Of a stretch of 64,000 nt of DNA, positions 50,562 to 59,680 are shown in pieces. This DNA is from a virus (lineage: Duplodnaviria; Caudoviricetes): the IMG/VR virus record IMGVR_UViG_3300010163_003659, positions 31,901 to 95,900 of that record; one strand, written 5' to 3'. Both the position numbers and the translations under genes were made by a program. How positions within the stretch are numbered: the first letter of the stretch is position 1; each line of letters begins with the position of its first letter. Below the pieces are notes generated by a model. It ran no database searches, had not been told where the DNA came from, and was given only the letters and a program-made list of their open reading frames with translations.

Positions 50562-50932
50562 TATGCATGTCCTTTGAGTCAAATGAGGGAACAAACAGAC
50601 TGGCTAAAGTGATTACATCGAGAATAAAAAAGCACGGCGAAAACCCGCTGGTGCTGGATTTTGGCTCTATCCAGCCGAATGGGAGCCTTTTGACAAATAC
50701 ATTTCCGCAGGAGATTCCCAGAGGCCAGTACACAGTATGCAGGCATCTGACTTATGGAAAACAGGGAGAAACACTCACATGGGTAAAAATATTAAACCAT
50801 TCACTGAGTGACCCAGAGATATCAGATGTTATCATACCTGTGAAAATGAGAAGCCTTTTGCCGGGTGACAGGGTATTGGTTGCATGGGTGCAGGATGAAG
50901 CAGTTGTAATTGATATTATTGAAAGTTCATGA
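50558..50932 (+). CDS. Baseplate spike-like protein (XkdR-like)
   Basis: LLPGDRVLVAW..VVIDII. Confidence 0.65.
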   Translation: MICMSFESNEGTNRLAKVITSRIKKHGENPLVLDFGSIQPNGSLLTNTFPQEIPRGQYTVCRHLTYGKQGETLTWVKILNHSLSDPEISDVIIPVKMRSLLPGDRVLVAWVQDEAVVIDIIESS

Positions 50933-50944
50933 CAAGGAGGGATT

Positions 50945-51394
50945 ATGGCTGACAGACTATTCCCGGCATTTGATGTCCCGGATATTGAGGAAGATGAGGA
51001 ATATGACAGCGAATATAAAAAGAGTGTGAAATGGAATCCAGAGTCAGGTGATTTTGTACGTGACGGTTCCAATAATATGGTGGGATGTGACGGCATGGAA
51101 GCATACATGATTTGGTGCTATAAAATGGTCCAGACAGAAAGATACTGCCATATGGCATATCTGGAGGGGACTGCAGGTACCGAATTAGGTGTCGAAATAG
51201 AAGAAGCTTTGCAGGAAAGTGACCATAAGGTGACAGAATCCATGATTACAAGGACAATCACTGACGCACTTATGGTCAATCCGAGAACAGAGTATGTCAG
51301 GAATTTCACATATTCATGGGAAGGTGACGAGCTACATTTCACCTTTGAAGTAAAAGGAATTGATTGGGATGAAACCATCCAGATATCTTTATAG
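50945..51394 (+). CDS. DUF2634/XkdS-like baseplate protein
   Basis: QTERY..AY, ITDALMVNPRT..V..F. Confidence 0.75.
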   Translation: MADRLFPAFDVPDIEEDEEYDSEYKKSVKWNPESGDFVRDGSNNMVGCDGMEAYMIWCYKMVQTERYCHMAYLEGTAGTELGVEIEEALQESDHKVTESMITRTITDALMVNPRTEYVRNFTYSWEGDELHFTFEVKGIDWDETIQISL

Positions 51395-51406
51395 GGAGGT
51401 GATGGG

Positions 51407-52546
51407 ATGCAGCCAGAATTTACTGCACCGGAATTTGTAGAGGATAATTCGCCGGAGGAGATCCACGAAAGAATGATGAAGAATCTGCCAGCAGACATAG
51501 ATGATACTCCGGGCGGTTTTCCTTATGATTTTACCATGCCTGCAGCTATTGAGAAGTCAGATTTTATACAATATTATCTGGTAAGGTCATTACAGATAGC
51601 GTTCCCGCAGTTTTCATGGGGAGCCTGGCTGGATTATCACGGGCAGCAGGTAAACCTTACAAGACATAAAGCAAAGAGGGCAAAGGGAAAGCTGCTGCTG
51701 GCTGGAACAGCAGGAACAGAGATTGAAAAGGGGACGGTATTCTGTGTCCCTGCAACACAATATACACCTGCTGTCGGGTTCAGTACAGATGATGTTTGCG
51801 TAATCGGTGATGATGGCACGGTGGAAATTGATATCACAGCTGTGGATGACGGGCCGGATTCTAATGTCAGGGCAGATTCTATTGTTATTATGGAGGAACC
51901 CATAGATGAAATCACGGCGATCACAAATCCGGATCCGGTAAAAGGCGGTGCAGCCGAGGAAAGCAACGATGATTTTTATGACCGTATTGCAGAAGAATAT
52001 GCTAACAGCAGGACGTTTCTGGGGAATGACAACGATTACAGGCGTTGGGCAAAAGAAGCGGGGGCAGGGGACTGTATTGTTGACCCTGCTTTTGATGGCC
52101 CGGGAACAGTCCAGCTGGTGCTGACGGATACGAACGGCCAGCCTGCAAATGAGGAACTCATTAAAATGGTATATGATTATATTGTTTCCCCAAATGACAG
52201 GACACGCAGGCTGCTCCCTACTGCCTGTGCAGAACTTTCCTGTATCCCTGCATCTGCCGTCATAATTGATTATATCTGTACAGGTTTGTTGTTTGATAAG
52301 GAAGTCACAGACATCACGCAGATTGCCATTAATTTTGAAAAGGCAGTAAAAAGTGTTTATGCGGAAGCCAAGGCCGAGGGGATTTTGAGATATAATGATG
52401 TCCGGCCGATTATCAGCGATATAGATGGAGTAGAGGATTTTGACGAGTTTCTGGTAAATGGTGATATGAAAAACATTTCCCTGCAGAAGAAAGAATATCC
52501 GGAAACTGGCATCTGTAGATTTAGTGAGGGGGCTGGCAATGCGTGA
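51407..52546 (+). CDS. Baseplate J protein
   Basis: GAWLDYHG, GGAAEESND, GNDNDYRRWA, GPGTV. Confidence 0.9.
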   Translation: MQPEFTAPEFVEDNSPEEIHERMMKNLPADIDDTPGGFPYDFTMPAAIEKSDFIQYYLVRSLQIAFPQFSWGAWLDYHGQQVNLTRHKAKRAKGKLLLAGTAGTEIEKGTVFCVPATQYTPAVGFSTDDVCVIGDDGTVEIDITAVDDGPDSNVRADSIVIMEEPIDEITAITNPDPVKGGAAEESNDDFYDRIAEEYANSRTFLGNDNDYRRWAKEAGAGDCIVDPAFDGPGTVQLVLTDTNGQPANEELIKMVYDYIVSPNDRTRRLLPTACAELSCIPASAVIIDYICTGLLFDKEVTDITQIAINFEKAVKSVYAEAKAEGILRYNDVRPIISDIDGVEDFDEFLVNGDMKNISLQKKEYPETGICRFSEGAGNA

Positions 52547-53402
52547 AGTTGATTTGGAACGGTTTCCTACGAGTGAAAGTGCCATAAGAATGCTGGAATC
52601 AGTGTCAACAGAATTTTATGGGAAGTCATATGTTGGAAAATGGCTGTACCAGGCCATGGGAATGGAATATGATGGTGCTCTTAATCTTGCAGAGGAACTT
52701 CCTCTGCAGTTTTTTCCGGAAACAGCAACATGGGGGCTCCGGTACCATGAGGAAAAGTGGCAGATCCCAGTCAGGGAACATCTCTCTTATGATGAGAGAA
52801 GAAAACTGATATATGAAAAGATGCATTTTAAAGCACCCATGACGCCGTATAGGATGGAGCAGTACATTCAAAAAATTATGGATGATGTTGAGGTCCATGT
52901 ATCTGATATCCATGATTCTGGGGAATATGTTTTTCAGCCATCCCATCCCAATATATTTAAGGTAATGTGCATTCCAAAAGATATATTGGATGTGCGTGGG
53001 TTGAAAAAAATTCTTGATAAAATCAAGCAGTCACATACTGTGTATATTATTGCAGAATTGATTATCATTGTGATTAATAACCAAAGCATAGAGCGGATAA
53101 ATGTATCTGATATATGTATTCACATATCAATTCCTTTTGTAATCATGAGTTCCGCATTGAAAAGGAACGAATGGTATCTGGATGGGGAATATATGCTGGA
53201 CGGTGAGCGGCTTCTGGATTCTGGTATGCTGGCTAAGTTACGGGACACCGGAATTATTATCAAGGGTATCTGTATGTTGCACCATGAGAAGTTTGGGGAC
53301 ATGTGTATTATTTCAAAAAGGAATGAGTGGTATCTGGATGGGGAGCATTTACTTGATGGCAGCAGGATTTTAAATTCAGAAGTGATTAAGGAGGATATAT
53401 AA
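52539..53402 (+). CDS. DUF2313/XkdU-like tail protein
   Basis: FFPETATWGL..HE, KIKQSH; two WYLDG..LDG repeats. Confidence 0.75.
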   Translation: MREVDLERFPTSESAIRMLESVSTEFYGKSYVGKWLYQAMGMEYDGALNLAEELPLQFFPETATWGLRYHEEKWQIPVREHLSYDERRKLIYEKMHFKAPMTPYRMEQYIQKIMDDVEVHVSDIHDSGEYVFQPSHPNIFKVMCIPKDILDVRGLKKILDKIKQSHTVYIIAELIIIVINNQSIERINVSDICIHISIPFVIMSSALKRNEWYLDGEYMLDGERLLDSGMLAKLRDTGIIIKGICMLHHEKFGDMCIISKRNEWYLDGEHLLDGSRILNSEVIKEDI

Positions 53403-53405
53403 ATT

Positions 53406-53786
53406 ATGGGAGATGCAATTGTTACATTAACTGCAAGAAAAAAGATGCTGCGTGCCAGGGCTGGTGAAATCGTCCTTCCGCCAATTAAAGGGTTTGCTTT
53501 TGGGAATGGGGGGACGGACGAGGAAGGTAATGTAAAAGTGCCGATAGAAACACAGGCTGCTTTAAATAACGAGCTGCTTAGAAAAGAAATTGATGGATAT
53601 ACCATGATGTCTGATACGAAGTGCAGGTATGCATGTACACTGGAATATGGCGATTTGGAGAATGAAATTATCAGTGAAGTTGCTGTTTACGATGCAGAAG
53701 GTGATCTGGTCTCTATTAAAAATTTTAAGCCAAAGCATAAAGATGGTGATATTGAAATGACATTTCAGATTGATGATGAGTTTTAG
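53406..53786 (+). CDS. Tail fibre N-terminal/collar protein
   Basis: AFGNGG, ISEVAVYDAEGDLV. Confidence 0.7.
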   Translation: MGDAIVTLTARKKMLRARAGEIVLPPIKGFAFGNGGTDEEGNVKVPIETQAALNNELLRKEIDGYTMMSDTKCRYACTLEYGDLENEIISEVAVYDAEGDLVSIKNFKPKHKDGDIEMTFQIDDEF

Positions 53787-53800
53787 GAGGTGGTATTTGT

Positions 53801-54025
53801 ATGAGTCAATTCAATGTTTTGCCAGAGTATTCTGAAACAGCAGAAAAATTTAAGACAACTGACCCGGGACATGCTGATGTGTTCAATAAAAGAATGCAGA
53901 TACTTCTTAATAACGACAAATATAATAAAGAAAATGTTGAGAAATGCGCCAAAGGGGAAGGCTTAGAATTCAGCGTCGTAAATGGCATATTAAATGTAAC
54001 CTATGATGATGGGAAGGAGGCATAA
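53801..54025 (+). CDS. Small tail-fibre-associated protein
   Basis: TTDPGHADVFN..LLNND; AGGAGGT RBS. Confidence 0.6.
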   Translation: MSQFNVLPEYSETAEKFKTTDPGHADVFNKRMQILLNNDKYNKENVEKCAKGEGLEFSVVNGILNVTYDDGKEA

Positions 54026-54028
54026 ATA

Positions 54029-54673
54029 GTGGCAAAACAAACAATACAGATAGCAGACAAGCCGACGGAGGATGAAATTTTGGCACTGCTTAAAAGCAGT
54101 GAGATAGGACTTGCGGTCTTAAAGGGGCTTCTCGGACAGAGTGCAAGTGCAGATACTGTGGCGGCGATAAAGGCACTGCTGGAGAATGGCACATATGGAT
54201 TAAACGCGATAAAATCTGCAGTGGACGGAAGGGCAAATGAAACAACGGTGGCAGCGGTAAAGACACTGTTAGAGAATGGGTCGTATGGCCTGTATGCTAT
54301 CCTGTCAGCGATTAGCGGGAGGGCAAACGAGACAACGGCAGCAGCCATCAAGACGTATCTGGAGAATGGTACATATGGGCTGAATGCGCTGAGAAATGCA
54401 ATAATGGGGAATCTCAAAACGATAAAGTCTGTGCAGAGCGGGCTGGTAGAAACCATTACATACACTTATCTGTACAATGTAACCATATCGCCGGTGGTTA
54501 TAAACAAAACATTTATCATTGCACAGCCTGCCCAGTTTGCTCTTTCCAAGGGGGAGCCTGAAAGAGCAAGCACTAATCCATATACTATCCGTCTTGTTAA
54601 TCCAACTACAATACAGATTGCCGCACAAACCGGTGGCTGTAAATTAGTATGGCAGGTTGTGGAATTTTATTAA
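54029..54673 (+). CDS. Short tail fibre-like protein with three ~29-aa repeats
   Basis: AAxKxLLENGxYGLxA x3; C-terminal IKSVQSG..WQVVEFY. Confidence 0.65.
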   Translation: MAKQTIQIADKPTEDEILALLKSSEIGLAVLKGLLGQSASADTVAAIKALLENGTYGLNAIKSAVDGRANETTVAAVKTLLENGSYGLYAILSAISGRANETTAAAIKTYLENGTYGLNALRNAIMGNLKTIKSVQSGLVETITYTYLYNVTISPVVINKTFIIAQPAQFALSKGEPERASTNPYTIRLVNPTTIQIAAQTGGCKLVWQVVEFY

Positions 54674-54694
54674 TAGGAAGGAAGGTGAAATGTA

Positions 54695-55054
54695 ATGAGA
54701 TATGCACAGATTAATGAGGACGGTTTCGTTATATCAGACAGCAGCCTCAGTGGGAAAGTGGAAGCAGATAATATGATTCCGCTGGATGATGGTTTTGACT
54801 TGGCAAACAAAAGGTATGTTAATGGGAAGTGGGAGGAGTACATTCCGGAACCAATTGAACCGGAACCGGATGAACAGGATGTGGTGCAGGCGCAGATTTT
54901 ATTGAACCAGGCAGATATAATAGCGAAGCAGCAGGAACAGGACGAAGTACTTGCAGAAATGCTCCTGCAGCAGTCAGTAAAACAGCAGGAGCAGGACGAG
55001 GTACTTGCGGCAATCCTGCTAAACCAGATGGGAGGGGGTGAAGCGGATGTTTAA
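54695..55054 (+). CDS. Tail fibre chaperone-like protein
   Basis: MRYAQIN; duplicated KQQEQDEVLA. Confidence 0.55.
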   Translation: MRYAQINEDGFVISDSSLSGKVEADNMIPLDDGFDLANKRYVNGKWEEYIPEPIEPEPDEQDVVQAQILLNQADIIAKQQEQDEVLAEMLLQQSVKQQEQDEVLAAILLNQMGGGEADV

Positions 55055-55178
55055 TATAGTCAGAAGGTTTTATGATAATGGGATTTACAGCAACGAAGAC
55101 GTTGCAAGGTTTGTCAAGGCAAGGAAAATCACAGCAGCACAGTACAGGGAAATAACTTCTGAGGAATATGCAGGGTAG
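55047..55178 (+). CDS. XkdX family protein (43 aa, not in ORF track)
   Basis: MFNIVRRFYDNGIYS..V..FV...KIT..QY.EIT.EEY. Confidence 0.8.
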   Translation: MFNIVRRFYDNGIYSNEDVARFVKARKITAAQYREITSEEYAG

Positions 55179-55326
55179 GGCCGGAAGGCTCTTTTTTCAT
55201 GCCATAGGAAATTGCTGTAATCGTAGCGGGAGCCGACAAAAATGGCCTTTTGGCCATTTTTGCAAAGTGTCCGTGCTGGCGGACACTTTTTTCATGGGTT
55301 CCTTTGGAAGGGAGGTGAGAAAGGGA

Positions 55327-55650
55327 ATGGACATGCTGGTAACAGTTCTGGTTGCTGCAGGGCTTCCTTCGGCAATAATGTCCTTCGGGCTTGGCTGGCT
55401 GAACAGGAAACTTTCTAAACGGCAGGAGGAAGACGAACGGAAAGAGGAGGCACGGCGAAAGAATGAAGCAATCGTCATTGAAGGTGTTATGGCATCCATC
55501 ACATTAGGGGAAGCCACAGCAAAAGCGGTACAGCGTATTCCGGATGCAAACTGTAATGGTGACATGCACGCAGCATTAGCGTATGCGACAGAGGTAAAGA
55601 ACAAGCACAGGGATTTTATCAGGAAGCAGGGCGTTGATGCCCTGTATTAG
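55327..55650 (+). CDS. Membrane protein of lysis module
   Basis: N-terminal TM helix; GGAGGT RBS. Confidence 0.65.
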   Translation: MDMLVTVLVAAGLPSAIMSFGLGWLNRKLSKRQEEDERKEEARRKNEAIVIEGVMASITLGEATAKAVQRIPDANCNGDMHAALAYATEVKNKHRDFIRKQGVDALY

Positions 55651-55665
55651 AAGGAGGTTTTTATC

Positions 55666-55872
55666 ATGGATAAGAAATGGTGGAAAGCAGCAGGGGTAAG
55701 GGCAGTAAAGACGGTGGCAGAGACAGCGGTAGCCTTAATCCCTGCAGCGGCAACAATAACGGCGGTTGACTGGAAAACAGTCATTGGGACAGCGGCACTG
55801 GCCGGGGTGACATCCCTGCTTATGTCGGTTAAAGGGCTGCCGGAGCTGGAACTAACGGAAACAAAAAATTAA
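55666..55872 (+). CDS. Holin (r1t-like)
   Basis: WWKAAGVRAVKTVAETA..VDW..SLL.S..GLPE. Confidence 0.85.
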   Translation: MDKKWWKAAGVRAVKTVAETAVALIPAAATITAVDWKTVIGTAALAGVTSLLMSVKGLPELELTETKN

Positions 55873-55893
55873 GAAAGAGAGGAACAACAGAAT

Positions 55894-56352
55894 ATGAAAA
55901 AGTATATTGGAACAAAGATGATTGAAGCAAGGGAAATGAACAGAGGGGATTATAATAAATACCGTGGCTGGACTATCCCGGAAAATGAAAATCCGGAGGA
56001 TGAGGGGTATTTAGTGAAATATTCTGACGGGTATGAGAGCTGGTCACCAAAGAAGCAGTTCGAGGAAGCATATAAGGACTGCATGGGCATGACTTTTGGC
56101 ATTGCATTGGAGCTTCTGAAAAATGGATGCAAAGTAGCGCGTGAGGGATGGAATAGAAAAGGGATGTTTTTATATCATGTTCCGGCAGCGTCTTATGCCC
56201 CGTGTACACTGATTGGGAAAGAATGCGCTACAGATGGTGGGAAGGTGCCGTATGGTGCATATATTGCCATGAAAACAGCACAGGGCAATGTTGTGCCGTG
56301 GCTGGCAAGCCAGACAGATATGCTGGCTGAGGACTGGGTTCTGGTTGGGTAA
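55894..56352 (+). CDS. DUF2829/Tad2-family protein with extra N-terminal domain
   Basis: MTFGIALELLKNG.KVAREGWN.KGMF ... PWLASQTDMLAEDW. Confidence 0.82.
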   Translation: MKKYIGTKMIEAREMNRGDYNKYRGWTIPENENPEDEGYLVKYSDGYESWSPKKQFEEAYKDCMGMTFGIALELLKNGCKVAREGWNRKGMFLYHVPAASYAPCTLIGKECATDGGKVPYGAYIAMKTAQGNVVPWLASQTDMLAEDWVLVG

Positions 56353-56433
56353 GGCTGGCAGACATTTGAAATATTAAAAAAGCATGGGCTGGTACTGCAG
56401 GTGCCAGCTTTTTTGAAAGAAACAGGAGGAAAT

Positions 56434-57003
56434 ATGCAAAAAATAACAAAGGTAACAGTCCACGCTGGCCACAATAAGCAAGGTAGGATTGCGTGCGGGG
56501 CATCTGACTACATTGACGAATCCACAGAGGCACGGATTATCTGCAGGAAGGTAATCAGGCTGCTGAAAAAACACAAGATTACAGCTTATAACTGTACGGT
56601 CAACAATGGGACATGCCAGAATGATGTTTTGAAGAAAATATGCAAAAAATGCAATGCAAAGGAGCGGCAGTTGGATATCTCTATCCATTTCAATGCCTGC
56701 AGCCATTCCAAAGCGGACGGGCGGACAAAAGGCGTGGAAGTTCTCTGCAGGACAACAGATGGTGTCCGTGGTGATGTTGCCAGACGGATATGCAGCCAGA
56801 TTAGTATGATTGGGTTCGCAAACAGGGGTGTAAAGACCGAAAGTGATTTATATTTTCTAAACCGTACAAACAGGCCTGCCATCCTGGTAGAGGTTTGCTT
56901 CGTGGACGACCAAGACGATGCTAGACTATATAAGCAGAACAAGGACGCAGTAGCACAGGCCATTGTAAAAGCTGTACTGAATTATAACAAAATCTACAGA
57001 TGA
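56434..57003 (+). CDS. Endolysin, N-acetylmuramoyl-L-alanine amidase (Amidase_3)
   Basis: HAGH..E, ISIHFNA, NRGVK, PAILVEVCFVD. Confidence 0.92.
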   Translation: MQKITKVTVHAGHNKQGRIACGASDYIDESTEARIICRKVIRLLKKHKITAYNCTVNNGTCQNDVLKKICKKCNAKERQLDISIHFNACSHSKADGRTKGVEVLCRTTDGVRGDVARRICSQISMIGFANRGVKTESDLYFLNRTNRPAILVEVCFVDDQDDARLYKQNKDAVAQAIVKAVLNYNKIYR

Positions 57004-57046
57004 TGCCACAATGATTATGGCAGTGAAAAAATAATATTACAAAATA

Positions 57047-57091
57047 GAGTAGCCCAGATTGCCATATAGCAGTCTGGGCTATTATTTTTTT
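57047..57091. terminator. Probable bidirectional terminator between endolysin and CRISPR array
   Basis: TAGCCCAGATTGC..GCAGTCTGGGCTA hairpin, T-run on right, A-rich on left. Confidence 0.7.
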
Positions 57092-57092
57092 A

Positions 57093-57856
57093 GACGGGCT
57101 GACGTCATTACTACCATTTCTACTAAAATGTGCGTAGTAAAGGAAAAAGCATATAAGATGTGTGTCAATGCTCTTAGCCGAGCTACTACCATTTCTACTA
57201 CCGAAGCAATCTCCTTGAAGAGTATTTGGTTGAATGGTGTCAATGCCCTTAAACGGGCTAATACCATTTCTACGAAGTGAGCAAGCTATGGAGAGAATAT
57301 TCAGGTTGTGTGTCAATGCCATTAAACGGGCTGACGTCATTTCTACAACGACCACCATTCAACCCCGACCCGAGAATACGTGTGTCAATGTCCTTAAGCG
57401 GGCTAACGTCATTTCTACTCATATCAAATTTAGGTTGCTCGCAACTCTTAATGTGTCAGTGCCCTTAAGCGGGCTGACGTCATTTCTACAGAGTGTCCTA
57501 TTGAAGAAGTTTCAATTACAGGATTTGTGTCAATGCCCTTAAACGGGCAAATACCATTTCTACGAAAAGAATGCAAATATACAGAAAAACTGGATGAATT
57601 GTGTCAATGTCCTTAAACGGGCTAATCCCATTTCTACGATGAATGGATTTGACTTTGGAGTAAAAGACTACAGTGTGTCAATGCCCTTAAACAGGCTGAT
57701 GTCATTTCTACAGTGCGATGCTGGTGATCAGTGTCTGTAGCGTGATGTGTCAATGCCCTTAACCGGGCTTATGTCATTTCTACCAGTTTTTAAGTGTAGA
57801 TGAGAATATTTGGGAAGAAATGTGTCAATGCCCTTAAGCGGGCTGATTTTTCTTAC
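57093..57856 (-). CRISPR. Orphan CRISPR array: 11 repeats (37 bp, end copies degenerate), 10 spacers of 34-38 bp
   Basis: Plus-strand consensus GTGTCAATGCCCTTAAACGGGCTRAYRYCATTTCTAC at 57162, 57237, 57310, 57382, 57453, 57527, 57601, 57675, 57747, 57822, partial at 57093; minus strand ends ATTGACAC. Confidence 0.95.
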
Positions 57857-57861
57857 AAACT

Positions 57862-58194
57862 CTATAGCATTATTTTTTCTAGCTGCTCCAGTTTCTCCAA
57901 TACTATATCACGGATAAAGTCAGCATCTGTTTTATGCAAATTTAATACCTGTAATCTTTCCTTGGTTCCTTTGGGGAATTCCACATTTATAGTGTAAGCA
58001 CCTGTTTCCTGCTTCGCTTTATTTAATACATCTCGGATATATCTTTCTGCTTCCAGACATGTTCTAAACTTCTTTTCAGTCCCCGTAATTATCCAATGAT
58101 TATCATGAAGGTATAAATTTTGGCCCATGTACTCATATTCGTTGATATCTATAACGCCGGGATATTGTGTAGTGCTCTGTGTATGTTCCTGCAT
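57862..58194 (-). CDS. Small protein with C-terminal ribbon-helix-helix-like domain
   Basis: YTINVEFPKGTKERLQ...DFIRDIVLEKLE; AGAAAGG RBS. Confidence 0.65.
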   Translation of the reverse strand: MQEHTQSTTQYPGVIDINEYEYMGQNLYLHDNHWIITGTEKKFRTCLEAERYIRDVLNKAKQETGAYTINVEFPKGTKERLQVLNLHKTDADFIRDIVLEKLEQLEKIML

Positions 58195-58263
58195 AATTTT
58201 GTCTGCCTTTCTGTGACATTTGATTTAGATAGTGTATACAAGCAGGTGCTTTTCTTTATGATT

Positions 58264-58292
58264 AAAATAACATAACCATGATGGTATTTCAA
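58264..58292 (-). promoter_or_regulatory. Promoter TTGAAA-N17-TATTTT (TGn) with ACCATnATGGT palindrome in the spacer
   Basis: Exact spacing; palindrome at 58275-58285. Confidence 0.6.
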
Positions 58293-58531
58293 GGATTTTC
58301 TTTCTGGCTGCGCTGGTGTTTTTTGCCGTTTTATTTATAACGATGATCAGGGTATGCAGCAGATGTAATTTGAAATGAACTATTCTCTGACATATTCAAA
58401 TCTTTAGCTATACTGTGTTGTCGCCCAGTCTATCGGAATACGATAGGATATGACACAATCCGCTATAAAATAACAAATGGCACAAAACCGTGTTGAAAAA
58501 TGTTATTTTATAGCGGAAGGAGCGATGATGT

Positions 58532-58789
58532 ATGATAAGAATTTTACTATCAACAAAGCTCGGTGAACTTAGGTGGACACAGGCAGATTTGGCAAGGGCT
58601 ACTGGTATCCGGCCAAATACAATCAATGAATTGTACCATGAGTTGATAGACAGAGTAAGTTTAGAGCAACTGGATCTCATTTGTGAGGCTCTGCATTGTG
58701 AACTGGATGAGTTGATTGTAAGGACGCCGGATGAGAGTCCTAAAGTCAAGCATTACAAAAATGGTTCTCTGATTTCATCAGACCAATAG
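58532..58789 (+). CDS. Cro/C1-type HTH regulator
   Basis: TQADLARATGIRPNTINELY..LDLICEALHC. Confidence 0.88.
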   Translation: MIRILLSTKLGELRWTQADLARATGIRPNTINELYHELIDRVSLEQLDLICEALHCELDELIVRTPDESPKVKHYKNGSLISSDQ

Positions 58790-59434
58790 TGCTGCAACAC
58801 TTGGTTAGGAGAGGGATGCTCATTATAATGTGGGCATCTCTTTGTTTTGTCTCAAAATTATAGTAGCAGGTTTTATAGTACATCATAAAATATTTCTACT
58901 AAACACAAAAATATTGAAAAGCAGTATAATAAGTTTTATAATCTCAATTATACAGTGTATGTGTAAAAACTGTGTTAATAAATGTGGGGTGTATCTGCAG
59001 GATGGTAGTGTGGTATGATGTATATGACGAAGATATTTCCATGATGTTTTCGTGATGTTAAAAGTTAGACAAAATGAAAGTAGACAGAGTATGTAGAAGT
59101 AAAATCGAATAAAAAGCAATATATTTTAAGTATGACAGTACACAAAAATACCATTACGAAATCGAGTTCGAATAGCGGACATTTGGGCTGGAAAGTGCGT
59201 AAAATAGGTGCTTTCCAGCCTTTCTCTTTGCTTCGTGAGATTGTTTTGAGATTCATATTTAAACACTTTCCATATATTCCACGAAAAGAGAATCGGATTG
59301 AAATTCCTGTCGAACTGTGATAGTATTTCATTGGGACTACCAAGATGGTAGGCGGTTAGCCCTCTCCGGAGGGACTGTGCCCCTCCGTTTACATAGAAAC
59401 CCGAAAGGGAATCTGGGAAAGGAGGGCTGAGCCA

Positions 59435-59533
59435 ATGGATATTTTAGGACTTATGGCAGTGTTAAGCTTTGGCTTGACCTGCTTTGGAATAGGATACTCT
59501 ATCGGTAAAGATAGTAACAAGACACAGAAATAG
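59435..59533 (+). CDS. Putative type I toxin (32 aa)
   Basis: MDILGLMAVLSFGLTCFGIGYSIGKDSNKTQK: TM helix plus basic tail; AAAGGAGG RBS; structured leader. Confidence 0.7.
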   Translation: MDILGLMAVLSFGLTCFGIGYSIGKDSNKTQK

Positions 59534-59680
59534 CCGTCCCGGTCCGACAAGGTTCTTACTCATGATTGGGTAAGAACCGGTGACGGCACAAACAAAAAAG
59601 AGTGCATTTCGTACTCTTTTTTGTTTGCTATGATATTTCTTATTTTTGGGTGTTTATGTTATAATTAATAAAAATAAGAC

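Larger units (their letters stand above)
1..58800 (+). mobile_element. Temperate phage/prophage with contractile (PBSX/Xkd-like) tail; left end outside window, right end approximate
   Basis: Co-oriented terS-terL-portal-head-sheath-tube-tape measure-baseplate-holin-amidase gene order. Confidence 0.93.

Noticed and set aside
54029-54673. Tail fibre repeats as DGR template/variable region
   Set aside because: No reverse transcriptase and no adenine-specific repeat pair seen
57199-57236. Spacer shares 16 nt (CTTGAAGAGTATTTGG) with the phage's own minor head gene at 34228-34243
   Set aside because: Only 16 of 38 nt match and flanks do not; insufficient to call self-targeting
57059-57997. ORFs across the CRISPR array
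   Set aside because: Artefacts of the repeats
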